Below are positions 48,801-61,200 of a stretch of 64,000 bases of DNA, one piece after another. The DNA is from Phallusia mammillata (Eukaryota): NCBI GenBank assembly GCA_965637545.1, contig OZ281495.1, forward strand, positions 20,274,001-20,338,000. Direction: 5' to 3'. A program made the position numbers and the translations under genes. Position 1 is the first letter of the stretch, and each line of letters starts with the position of its first letter. The notes below the pieces were generated by a model. It worked only from the letters and a program-made list of their open reading frames with translations, had not been told where the DNA came from and did no database searches.

Positions 48801-51800
48801 TAACGTGCTCTTTGCACATTAATTGTGGCTTTGTGTGTCGACAAACGTTCCACCTCAATTTTTTCGTCAATTTTTCAAACTCCGCCATCTATCTAGAAGA
48901 CGTCACGTAATTCAACGTTTTGGGCGTGTATCATTTTTCCCCTTCATCTCGTGTTTTAAACTGCTAATCTTGTTTGTTCTGGGATTATATTCTTGGTAAA
49001 GGCCACAATGTTCCAGTTGTAGACGGTTAACGATGATTTTATGTCGATAATAAAAAGAGTGTGTAATCTAACCTTAAATCATCCAGTCAATTACATACAC
49101 GTGTAGTGGCATTGAACGAAACAAAATTGAAGTATTTTCCACAAACTAAAAGGTTTCAGTATAAAACGCTACTCATTCTTTCTTACAAAACTACATTTGA
49201 TTGCCATTCGTTGTTGCGCCTGTTGTTAAGCTTACCGCATAACCTGAAGATGGTCGTCCTCGTACATCTTCAGCTGAGCTGGATTAGAAAGGCGGGTTTC
49301 ATAAAACATTCGTCTGGCGTTAACCCGTCCTGGTGTAATACATGGATTCTGACACACACCCGCACTGTTATTGCACCGTCCACACTCCCAGCCTGATGAG
49401 CAGCGTCTTTGTAGTGCAGTCAGACCAAAGCGGTGATGGCATGCGACTGACATCCCGATCAGTTTTACTGAGCATATGCCTCCGTCGGCATGCCAACCTC
49501 CACTCCCGTCTTGTTTATTGGCCCCGGCAAGATCGCCAGGAAACCGCGGATACGACGCCTCCTTTGTGCGCCACTGCCTGCCAAATTCATCACAATAAGA
49601 GCCAAATTCCTGGAATACAAAATCACTGAGTGTTCTGACACCCCGACTAACGATGATCGGGTGACTGTTTGGTTGAGGGTTTGAAATTGCACTATTGTTA
49701 ATATCATTAAAAAATACGGATTATGCGATGCTGATCGTATGCTCATTTGTTCACGCCAATAGCTTTGACACTCGTGACAGAAAGCTCTCATTTTCGAGGA
49801 TATGCCTTTAGTTCTTGCCGTTTAAAACTTGTTGTGACCAAATTTGATGCTATTGTTCGTGTGACATGCTTTGGCTTTAAAACCAAAAACACTGCAATTT
49901 GCGGATCTTGTTAACTACCCAGGCTTGTACAGCTTTGGTTTTTTCTGTGAAAACCTACCATGATTTGTGCCAAGAAATATTGGCGCTTGTGAAAGTTCGG
50001 TTCCATGTTCGTGTACATCATGGTTCAAGAAGTTAATCCGAACGATCTTTCCTCGGAAATTTTCTACGTCGTGTGGTTGCGTTCAGGCGTTTGTGAGATC
50101 ACGAAGAGCAAAGGTTTTTGGCTGCGAGCCAACCTTCTCGAGCCTGGAACGGTTTTCGTTCCATCACATGACCGGGATCTGCGCCTCATTTAGTTTTAGC
50201 GACACGGATCTTGCGACGCAATTCGAAACATTTTACTGTCGCGTTTTGTTTGTGTTTCACTCAGCAGCACGCCAACCAAATTAAACTGACCCCATATTCG
50301 CAATCAATTCAGTGAATGTCTTAAGAAAGCTTTTGTTATAAATACAGTACTTCCCGTCAACATAGATTCCTACTTAATGGACGTGTTCGACGATCTTTTG
50401 TTTCATGCTGGGTCATTTATAACATTCATTTTCATTTATTTACTTGTCAACAAAACGAGCATCCGTCAAATAACCGTGTCAAACAAGGCAGGCTCTCTGC
50501 GATTGTCGGCCAGCTTATAGTCACTAAAACTTTCTTCATAGTGCTGTCGCTTGTTGTTTTAGCCATAACAACACTTGGTTGCACTAAACTTGTATTACCG
50601 CGTTATGTGTGCAAAGTTATTCATGTAAATATCTGTTGCGTTATTTTGTCCGAATCGTGACTCGTCTTGTGTGTCTCAACTCGCTTTTGCGGTTGAACCA
50701 CTCTCGAATTACGTAACTTAAGACCTTTTGTTTCGCAGAATCACTGGTGTTTACGGCATGGCGGGTTCTGCTGGCAATGTTAATTGACGAAGACGAATCT
50801 GTCCGCCTACACGCGTCTCTGCTTGTGCACAAGGTGGCGCTCCAGTGCGGCGTTAGAGAAGGTAAGGCACCATTTTTAGTCCGTACTATTGCATGTTTGA
50901 TGGGTGGGTTTTAGGACAAGTAAAATGCCGAAATGTTTGCGAACCCTTACAGTTTTTTCTAGGCTTCAAACAGTCGAATCAAATTCGCATCTTGGTGGCC
51001 ATGTAATACTGATATCGTGTGAGTCATGAAACTCCTCAATGTGTACGGGTCAAAAATATTTTTTAAACTTTAAAGCTACTCAGAAAATCCGTGTATATTT
51101 ATTATCAGACTAGATTCTAGGAATCGGTGTAGTAAAATATCGAGCCTTGTAATACGTTTGCATGGTATTTTGAGTGTGGGCTTTTTTAGTCTCGTTCTGT
51201 GTGCACCTTCAATTCGGCCCAAACGATTTTGGCCCGGCATCTGTTTTGCCAACATTGGTTGCTTGTGTGTAGGTGCCCCGTTTATAGACGCACTCGCGTT
51301 GGAAGTGGCGATGGACTGCCTTTTTGAATTGCACGGCACCAGTCATGCGGAACAGTGCCGCAACATCCTGCGTGACGTCACAGCTCCGTCGTCAGTCAAT
51401 GGAAAAAGCAAGGTAAGCTGCTTTATTTCGGTCCCGTCAACACCGGTTTGGAAGCTGTGTCTTTTTGCTTTTTTCCGTCGTGCTTGTTTTCCTCGACACG
51501 ACCAAGCAGTGGCGCAATCTGTATCAGTAGCATTACGCCACCGAAAATTAAGTTTTGCACGGCTTAACGCGAAATTCTCCCGAACGCAAATGTAGCTGAT
51601 GCGGTTTGGGTGCTTTATCATAAGACGAACTGAAGGTGCAACTCATGTGACTTGAACCGCACTGCAAATAGTCACATTTCATTTAACCAGTCAGCGGTGA
51701 GACCCGAAAGATTCCTATTACCAAAACGGCATTACACATGACCCACATCGAGTAAATTACAACCTAAATCTAATTGCAGTCTCATGACAAAAATGTGGAT

Positions 51801-54800
51801 GTGACCTATTGTCTGCATGGGCGAAATCAATTCTTTCCGTTCTACGCCGTATTTTCACAATTGGAGTCTTTGTCCGTGAACAGCCAATGTTATTACGTGG
51901 GCGTTATATGGTTTGGGAGCAAAATTACACGCACTGGTGGTTAAGCTCATTTATAATAGGGCATTTTCAAGCCGCAAGCGCTAGCTATTTGTTTATTTAT
52001 TGATCTGCGGCCTACGTGACGTATCCTAATATGTCATGATATGGCCTCTGAAATTATGACGAAATGTCTGCTAATCGAACTGGCCAAGACCTTAAATCTC
52101 TTCACACTGAACAATTATGACCATAAGTTTGCGGCACTTGCCACAAATGCCGTGATATGAGTATAAATGTAACATCCCAAGTTCGTTTGTTTGATTGAAA
52201 TGCCGTGTAAGGTCGCCTTGTCATTATTGCAGAATATTAGGAACTAAACATGGCGTTATAAGCTGTTATCTCGACAAGAAAAGGTCAAGCAAAGAATGGC
52301 TTTAGACCAAATGTCTTAACATAACGTGGTTTGTTACACCAAGCGTGCGGCAAATGTTCGTGCATCTGGAAAGTCCCACCACATTATACAAACGTTTTCC
52401 TTGAATTTGACATAGAACAGACATATCACGATCTTTACAAACTCAGGCGCACTCGCATCGCATTGATTCTGCGTTGTAACGTCCAGCCTCCACCGCCACT
52501 GAGTTTGCGGAAAACAGTCAAGCCGCTCCGAAATTTGAGCCAAGTGTTGTATTTTGCAAACCTGGCGCGCGGTCGTAGGTCAGTGCGATGACTTATCAAC
52601 AAAGCCGCTTTGCTCGAACACTCGAGTGCTTGTGGGAGCTTGCCTGTATCGCACACGACCGCTGAGCCAATCTACCTAGCTTGTTTTTTGACTGTTGAGG
52701 CAATTGGAGCAAAATATCAATTGTCGGCAGACGGATATGTCGCGTCTAGTTTGCAGTGATGCGCTAATTTTCCGCACTGGCACGTAGCGACAACACGACC
52801 GTTGCTATGTCTTACAGAGCCCGACATTTCTGTCGTGTTTCCGTCCCTTGTGTTTAACACTTTAGGCATTTCACCACACGCCTTGTTTTTGTCAGGAAGC
52901 AAAGCATGATGATGTAAAACTGTCGAGGGTTTTTGACCGCGGAGAAACGAGCACTTACGTCGAAGCGCACGTGATGTCGCGTCTTGTCGGGCGATTCATG
53001 ACCTATGACCCTGCACGCCGTCATCATCAAAATAGTAAAGGAGGATACTTGGAAACCCATTCCGCTACTCGGTAATGCTGACTTGGGCTGTTGTGAACAC
53101 GCGGCATCGATCATGTGTTATCTGACCGATAACGCGCAGGGTTGGGCGAGTCGTCTTGAAAAGGAGCGGTCGTTCATGAAATGCTGAATCGCTTTTAAGC
53201 CACCAACGTCCGGTCGGTGGTGGTGTAACTCGTTGCACAACGTGACAAATCCCCTCCCCCTCCGAGTGTGTGTTCGCTGCCAATTGAAGCAAACTGAGGC
53301 TATTTTTGCGTGTCGATTATACCGGGAAATACCAGGAATAAACGAGGTGACTGTCTTGCGACTGCCTTGTTTTTTCGGCGAGGTCATTGGTGGGAGAATG
53401 CATGCTCAATAAGGTTAGGAGCATTTCTCTTCATTCAGCCTCTTGCAAGAAGCGTTTGCGGCACAAGATACTATCTAGTTGGAAGATGATTCGCGCGATT
53501 CAGCTATCATAGAGAAGTCTCACATGGGTCGAGCGCTGGCGTAAAACAAAGCAATAGTTTGTCAAAAAATCGAACGTTACATTCAGGTCCGTTCGTTTTG
53601 TCCTTTTCAATTTTGATTTTTAACCGAATTTTCTTTCAATAAACAAAACATATTTATTTTAAATTTTTCTCAGTTTACGGTCGTAACATTTTAATGCATC
53701 GGTTGTGAATCACAGTACGTGTGATCTGTGATGCAATACAGGTCGCCTACTTGTGTGAGATTTTTCACACGCAACATACATAGCCTGTGGCATTACATGT
53801 TATAGTGGTTCAATACCACTGTTCCTATCGACATATGGCAAGCAAAGAAAGGAAATTAAATGAGAAAAAGGTGAAAGTGAAATACAGCACGAAGGCTATG
53901 TTGTTGGTCGTGCTTAAACAACCCAAAACCATTAGATGGTGTTCATTTAAATGGGTTAATTGAATTGTCCAATCAAGGTGTATTCGAAATTTCGAATGTC
54001 TAAAACAGCTCGCTGTTACGTAAAGTCGTAAACAGTCGTTGCGTAACAACCTTCACATTAATTCATATCGAACGCGACCCGAGCTCTATCCGATTGATGC
54101 AATAGGCTTGGACAGCTGGGAAGCGAATAAAGGCACGCAAAAAAATCGCGTGCCTCGTTTTTTCGACTCTTCATGGTTTGTTGACGACGCGCAATCACCG
54201 TCCGGTCTACTTTGCCGGTTCCTCGTTGGCCGACCGCGGCGCGCCCACAAATTAAATATGGAAATAAGATTACGGATAGGGCCTCTTGATTGCACAGCCA
54301 CAGGCCTTTTTCGTACAGTTTTTTCTGTCTAATAAAACACTAGGCCTGTCACATTATGAACGTTCAAAACATGTGTGCGGCGCTGCCGAAAAACCCTACA
54401 GTGTTCAGCTATACGCGCTTGTTTGACCTTGTCGTTTGTAGCAAGGTCACAACATTCGCCTGGGTTTATTTTTTGCTGAGGACAAGACCATATTTCACTA
54501 TCGCCGCTGTATGTCATAATTCGAGACGGTATAATAAATTGTCCGTCATCTCTTGGCGCAATAAGACAGAGCGGATAGGCCTGTCGAATGTGCAGCGCGG
54601 ATCCAGTTTCACGGCTTAAATCGTTCATAACCCTACAGTAAACCCGTATGAACTGAAGTAGGCTGCTGAAAACAACACTTATGTGACTAGCGCAATTGTA
54701 AACGCGATGCTGACACGGTGATTTATGAATCGCTGTGATGGGCCTTCAACCGATATACGCTGACCGCAATGTGCGTTGTTGTGGTCAGAAATGTGAGATA

Positions 54801-55228
54801 GGTCAGCAGGATTGTTTACTGCCGACTCATCTCTGGGCACCAACGACAGCGGAAAAAACACCCAATTGCTGCGCTTATGACTTATTCATGCAGCGACAGT
54901 GGATGCAGGTTTATTCGCATTTGTCCCTCGGCATAAACACGTCCCCTGGCGTACAACGGGTTATCTGTCATCAGGGGGCAGGCAGAACACCAGCGATCAA
55001 ATCGGGTCAGTTAATTTCACGCCAGAAGCGACTTTCCCCCAACTCAGGGTAACGAGCCTCGCGCAAAATCAAATTGACGGTTTTATCTCTGTGGGCGCAA
55101 ATCACCGCGCGATTCAATCGAACATCGTCCGAACTCTGCTGCAAACCTTTCTGAATCGCGCCGATCTCTACCAACAAACAACCGCGTCTGCATTGTGCCC
55201 GTCGGCGCAAAGCGATCGCAATCGGTAG
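33890..55228 (+). CDS. THADA: THADA (thyroid adenoma-associated, Trm732-like ARM/HEAT-repeat protein, DUF2428), about 40 exons, about 1826 aa
   Basis: Hand-spliced exons: 33890-34051, 34165-34277, 34343-34524, 34590-34799, 34855-34943, 35020-35252, 35310-35375, 36136-36180, 36293-36462, 36517-36678, 36755-36924, 36987-37127, 37208-37297, 37499-37654, 37711-37818, 37892-38015, 38095-38240, 38545-38690, 38766-38903, 38993-39213, 39343-39494, 39768-39877, 40049-40181, 40259-40381, 40697-40796, 41164-41281, 41367-41470, 41671-41800, 42351-42507, 43340-43461, 43999-44081, 44415-44562, 44878-44990, 45069-45148, 45534-45692, 46297-46453, 50739-50861, 51273-51412, 52896-53071, 55048-55228. The total is 5481 nt and phase-consistent. 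Motifs match recalled human THADA: DLVRHQT, DQSLAPYAS, VSPEGHLP, VLVSCWRSAKE, ARHRGAFEIAY, LCSTRRSAGLPF, VHALNVIRGL, WSVRNSSTLLFSALVTRIFGVKR, QNHFHGCLL, LIDEDESVR, RVFDRGETSTYVE. The last exon is the least certain. Confidence 0.94.
35589..36110. mobile_element. hAT-Charlie-type MITE in THADA intron 7
   Basis: TIRs CAGTGGTTCTCAAA ... TTTGAGAACCACTG, a perfect 8-bp TSD TTCTATGG, and subterminal GCGACCC motifs. Confidence 0.93.
41030..41106. mobile_element. Solo right end of a hAT-Charlie-like element
   Basis: GCGGTCCGC...AAAAAATATTGCCGACCCCT resembles the reverse complement of a CAGGGGTCGGCAA-type TIR. No partner end. Confidence 0.45.
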
Positions 55229-58200
55229 TCGTGCACTATTAGCGCGTCCCAAAACTCGGGATTAAGATGCGAGAGCCACGCTGTACGTGAAAATAACATC
55301 TGCTCGGGATGCTCATCAGCGTGCACTAAGTTTCCGGGAAATCTCCACTTTGGCAGCGTGCTGTGGTGCGATGTCTAAACGTGAACTTTGGATATTTCGG
55401 GGCATCCGCGCAGCATGCCATTGTTATGTAAGTAGCGAGCTTATCACTGTGCGACGCCGGTCGAATCTGACTAAAAATAAGGTAATGGAAGTTTTATCAA
55501 ACGCCCCTTTGTCGCGAGGAATAATGGGAAGTAAATGACCGTCAAACACCCCCCTCCCTTCTTGTGCACTTTTGATAGACATCTTTCCAACCGCTGAACA
55601 TGCAGTAAAATGCCATTTACAGTTTACACCCAAGTGGATGGTTATATTAAACGTCTTACAGCTCTTTAAGCTTAAGCATATAGAACGCATGTAAGAGCAC
55701 AAAAATTAAATGTAAAATCACGTTGAAAATGTAATGCGCCTTTTAATCGGTGCGCATCCTTTGCAGTTCACTTTCACAAGAGGAAGTTTTTTATGCAACA
55801 GATGTAACTTCCTTCGATTTTCTATCGCATGCCGAAGATTTTTACATAGATGTAGATATGGCTCAGTTACGTCAGCTGCGGCATAAAGTAATCACGTTTC
55901 ACAACTACAAACAATAGTGACCTACTTGGTATCATCAACCAAAACATAACGACTATCACGTTCACGTTTACGTGACTCTGGTAAAAGGTTATGTGCCGTG
56001 TGTGACTGTACGTGTAGGTGGCGTAAATGTCCGAGTGGTTAACATGTGGGAATGACAAGCGGAAGATTGATCGCGTTGAAGCTTGTTCACTTATCAACAG
56101 CGATCGACAATCGGTCGTGTTTATCGCGTGGCCTGCACCTCGATTTAGCGCCCAGTTGCAGATCCTTTACCGCAACTCTGACAGGCTTCTGTTTTCGCAC
56201 TTTTTTAATACCGCCTCGGGGCATGGAGAAAACATCCAATGTTCCAATAAGCTAAACTGGCCGAAACGGCAAATCTCTCTAGCCAAATGGTCCGTAAACC
56301 AGGGGTAAATACTATTCGCCCAAATGTATTTCTGTAAACTTGGTTAGTTGCTAATTCCAAGTTTGTCATCCCTGCCCAACGGGAGTGCAGCGTTAGTTCA
56401 GAAACTCAAATGGAAAAATACGACTGTGTCAATAGTTTTCGTCGCGACAAGTTTTATGGTGAACCAGTTCGTTTGCCTGGTTTGCTCGGTTTGTTCGTTT
56501 TTTTAGAGCGCAGAATTTTATCATCCTGATCGCCTGCAATAAACAGGTTCTGTTTATTTACCGAGTGCACGATCCTCGACTCTTTAACACCACAGTAATC
56601 AAGCGCCTGAGTAACAGCATGACTATCCGCTTTTGTAAGCCACAGCAAGGCAAATAGGATTACCCAAGTTTAGATAATCTAAACATTTTCCGTTCGCTAT
56701 TTTACAACGCCCACTTACGCTGTGTTGGTAATTAAGTTGATAAATTACAAACGTTGATAAGGCAAGAGTCAAAGTAAGTAACAAAAACAGTGGTTTAAAT
56801 TAGTAAAGCCGATGGTCGCCCACCAGTTTTGGACGATTACTCACTAATAGTTCAATGGTGTAATTCACATCGACCGACCACAAACCTTATCTCTCCCTAT
56901 TTCTTAAACCTTGTAAGGAATCACTGTGATCCGCGGAACGCTTATTTATACTCCCAAATAAGTCAGGCGCGGCCATGTGTCACATACAAGGCACTATGCA
57001 GCTGATTCATATTCTAGGGTCGATATTTGACACAGTCAACAAGTATTCCAAAGAAGGTGGCCATTGCCTCGTTTACTTTTAAAGGTCAATTTTCATACAC
57101 ATGACTTTACGAAGACTGTTTAAAGGCCTTGCAAGAAGGACTTTTTAATGAACAGCGATAGCCGAATCGTTTGTAACAAAACGTACACTGCGCGCAAACA
57201 CTCTTACAAATCCATCCTAATTCTTCTATCGACAAAACGACGTCTTGACAGTGTAGTGTAGAAATTTGTACAAGGCGCAAATTTGACCAGATTTACGTGA
57301 GCACACCTCAAAGGTCGTACATGAATTTGGAAAGTTGTCAAGCCGGCTATAAACAGTGAAAGCCTGTGTGTTGCTTTAAGTGCGACACGTTGTACCGAGT
57401 CATTGCAGCGCATGTTTAACGCGGGACGGGGCTACGACGCGTTCCTGATGAAGCTGCGACTGCTTCCTGTTTTTCTCGCCTGTGACTATTAATAATGTAT
57501 ACGACGAAGAGATTGTTGCGTGGTAGATGCAGGCTTCATTCGCGAGTCGACGTTATACATGTAACCTGCTGTTGTTACGCCTTTGAAGCTGCGGCGGATC
57601 CTATTAGGTTGTTTTGATTGCCGAAACAAATTGATTATACATTTGTAAGTCTGAATCAAATAATAAAATTTACACAAGAAAAAATGGTTTTGTATTCCAC
57701 TATACAAGGTTACAAAACCGGACGACACGAGTGCATCGCTAATGCTGACGTCATTTAAAGTGTCTGATATCTTATACACCATGAGACTGTCATTACAGTA
57801 GGTTGAATCGTTTAAATCGCGGGGCTCGAGGTCAGACCGCTTCCTAATCGAGCACTTACGTCTCACGTGACCATTACCACCAATGACGTTCACCAAATCC
57901 GTCTAATTCTGCAGAGTTTGCGCGAGCATTAGGCCCCTATCCGGTTGAAAAAAATTGGCCTCGCATATGGTGAAAGCTGACCCGGGTATCGCCCCAGGTG
58001 CTCAGAGATTGTTTTAATTCTTCTTGCGGGCTGTGTTTTGTCAGGCTGCTCTATGTAAATGTACGGCTGTGGTGCAAAAAGTGCTTCATAGGACCTAAGG
58101 AAACGTTCAAAACATGCCCTGAGTATTTCTTCAGCTAATTATTTCTGTAAAAAACAAGTATGAAGGCCGGTGTTGTAATGAAGGGTTTCGAAATGCTTTG

Positions 58201-61200
58201 GTAATTTGGTGAATCTTACAAATCTGCCACACATCATTAAATTCCACTTAAATTTAATTTGAAAGGTATGTTCCATGTCAATTCAATTTAAAATCCAAAA
58301 AAGGCGAGGTCATTAAAAGGTATATAGCTTGGCGGTCACATAAGCTAGAAAGAATGCCCCAAAAGTAAGTTAAATAATCTATCGTGCGTGACTATTTTGC
58401 TACCTATAACTGGAATTTTTACCGCTAAATTAGTTTCTAAAATTGAATTGAATTTTAATGTACCTGCTACTGGGTAATTAATATTAAGTTGTTTAACGCT
58501 TGCCCTCGATCATCCGTATTTTGTGTTTGTAATGTTTGTCACCGGACAGAGTTAGCGGGCAACAAGACTTGCGAACATGTCGCAGATATCGCTGTTTTGC
58601 ATACATCAGCCGCTGCTCCGCAATCTTTCATTAAATTGGAGGAGAAAATCGCAACACAACCGAGGTTAATTCGATATATTGTTCACCATACGTCCAAGTT
58701 GCAGATTATGTCAATCACTCTTATTTTTTTGCGTTGTGATGTTATAAGTTCAGGGTCCGGCTAGGCCCAGGTTTTGCAGTGTTCCTATTGCTACCACATC
58801 ATGACTAGATAAATCGAAGTGACGGTCGTACGACATACACATTGACACGCGTTCCATGTCGTTTAGTCCAATAACTCTATTTATGAAAAAAAAATTCAGC
58901 CAACATTACATGCTTCGGTTTTTGTAACTCTCTTCCGGCAATTTAATGCAAACTGCGCAGAAGATAGAAAGCCTAGTGTAGCCAATTTTTTTATTTTTCA
59001 GCGTTATAGAGTTAAACTTTTGCATGAGATTAATTAGCGGCAGATTTGTTGCGAAATTCCCTTTTTTCTTCAAATCACACGCAGAAAAGCGAATGCGAAA
59101 TGTATGAACGACGTTTTGTCGTCGCATTCAGTGGTGTGCTATTTTCAGGTGTAATTATGTATCTTGAACCACAAAGTTTAAAACGCATGTTTCCCAGTCC
59201 AAAACATCTATATTGCAAAGAACCTTGTGGTTTAACTGCATTTTGTAGGAGCATTAGTTCAGTCTCATACCACAATAACCAAGCATTCCGGGAAAAATGT
59301 GAGTGCCTAAATCGGAATCATCAATACAAATATCAATGTAAAAACATGTTGATGGTACGAAACCCCGCCGTGCGGACACACCAGTTTGACCTTATAATCA
59401 AATATGCTGTCACACTGCAAAAAAATGTTCATAAGTTGGCGCGACTTAACCTTGTTACAATACGTCTTACTCGAGGCTCCATCCATTTTGTGATATTTGC
59501 ATATAAACTGGCGGGTCAAATAACATGCACATGTTCATTAATTATTAAACTAACGGTGAAAATTCTGTGTGGCTCATTTTGTCCTGATTAAAGCACACAA
59601 AACATTACAACATGCCAAAATGCACGTCAAGTTTTAGAAATTAACGACCGGCCAATTTAACCTTTTACGACCTTCACCAGAAACTGCTCAAATATTTTTT
59701 CCAAAGTAGTGTTTTTTATGGCCGGATTGTGTTTGTGTCGGAAGTTTCACCATGGATAAACGTGATTAAGACATCTCCACATCTATTTTTAGCCTCAGGA
59801 CAGTTTTTAGTGTTTTGGTCATGTGAACTTTCTGTTGCGTTGTGCAAAGTATGTACACAGTCAGCGGCAAACTTCGTCGAGACCTTATCGTGGGTCACCG
59901 CAGCCATGTGACTTCGAAATGAATCACACCCACGTTCTGATGCGTGGGCGCTGTCACGTGATATGCGGGAATTTTATTACCAAACGACAGAATTACGTAA
60001 TTGAAACTTCCTGTGGCCAAATTTTGCCGGGAATCTTACCCCTACCCCAGTGGAAAGTTCGCTAAACGGTTCTTTGTACCTACGATTCGATTTATTTAAT
60101 TGTCTGTGATCTTCCGGGAACCTTGCACGGTCAATGCGAAAGGCCCCGCATGCTGCACTGGCCTTTGACTCGTTTTGTGTCAGCCGAAACGACGAGGACA
60201 TGCCCCACTGGCTTTTGCTATTTGTTATTTAAACTCGGCGGCCACTGAAAGCCGAGCTGCCGTCAGCAACGGATCAGTGCACATAATCCCGCCGCGGTTT
60301 TGTCGAGCTCCAGCTCTAAGCCCGCTGAAGCTTGCTGAGCTGCGGAAAAAGGCAACTTGGACGACGTTGAGAGGTTTCCAAAATCGGCTCTGACGTCAAC
60401 CTTGTTATCGTACGCCGCTCCCTGCTTGGGCTGAATGAGGAAAATACAACAGCCTTGACTTGTGGGAGATGAAGCAGAACCAGACGCTTTCGTATGCTGC
60501 GCCTGAAGTGCTTTGAGCGCAACCGCCCTTCTCCTTTGGATAGGGTATGTTGTGCGGAGTTCTGCCAATTTTCTTTCGCACGCGCTTCTACCGCTTTGGA
60601 CGGAAACGAAGAAGGTCAACACGGTTGACTGAATCCGTGAGCGCAATGCAAAGAAGCAGTCCGCGGCTGGGACTTAGTTCTTTAATAAAACATTTTTTAT
60701 TCTTGGTTCACGAACACAGTGTACGAAAACTTAAAGGCGGTTTAAGTAGTGTTTAATCGACTCTGTGTGCAGGTGTGTATGTTTTTATCGTCAATTTGGT
60801 AGCATTCTCGCCGTAGTTTAACAAATTACGCAATCATTGAAGTTACAATAACATCGTTTGCGAAATATAAGCCGGTCTCTTCGCTGCCTCTTCCATGTTG
60901 TTTACTATATTTTATCTCGGCGGCGCGTAACGGCCGGTTGGTGATTGTTTGTCTATTCAGGAAACAAGCGCGCGCTGAGCTGGAGTGTGTGAATGTGTTA
61001 AACCTTTAAGCTCAAGCGTACGCGTTACGCACACACACAACACGAGGCGCCTTTTGCACGTCGTGCCTAATGGTGGCGGGATGACGGCTTATCTTGGCCT
61101 GGCTGTGCAAAGCTGGTTGAACGCTTTTCTGCTTTTTACTGGATGCAATAAAAATACATACATACTATGCTGAGTTTTGTACATCGAAAAATATAGGAAG

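Noticed and set aside
53140-53178. Alternative short THADA terminal exon
   Set aside because: It is phase-compatible but has a weak acceptor and no similarity to the THADA C-terminus. 55048-55228 has a better pyrimidine tract and a better length match. Not fully excluded.
57489-57896. 135-aa minus-strand ORF
   Set aside because: No recognisable domain, mixed composition and no supporting exon structure.
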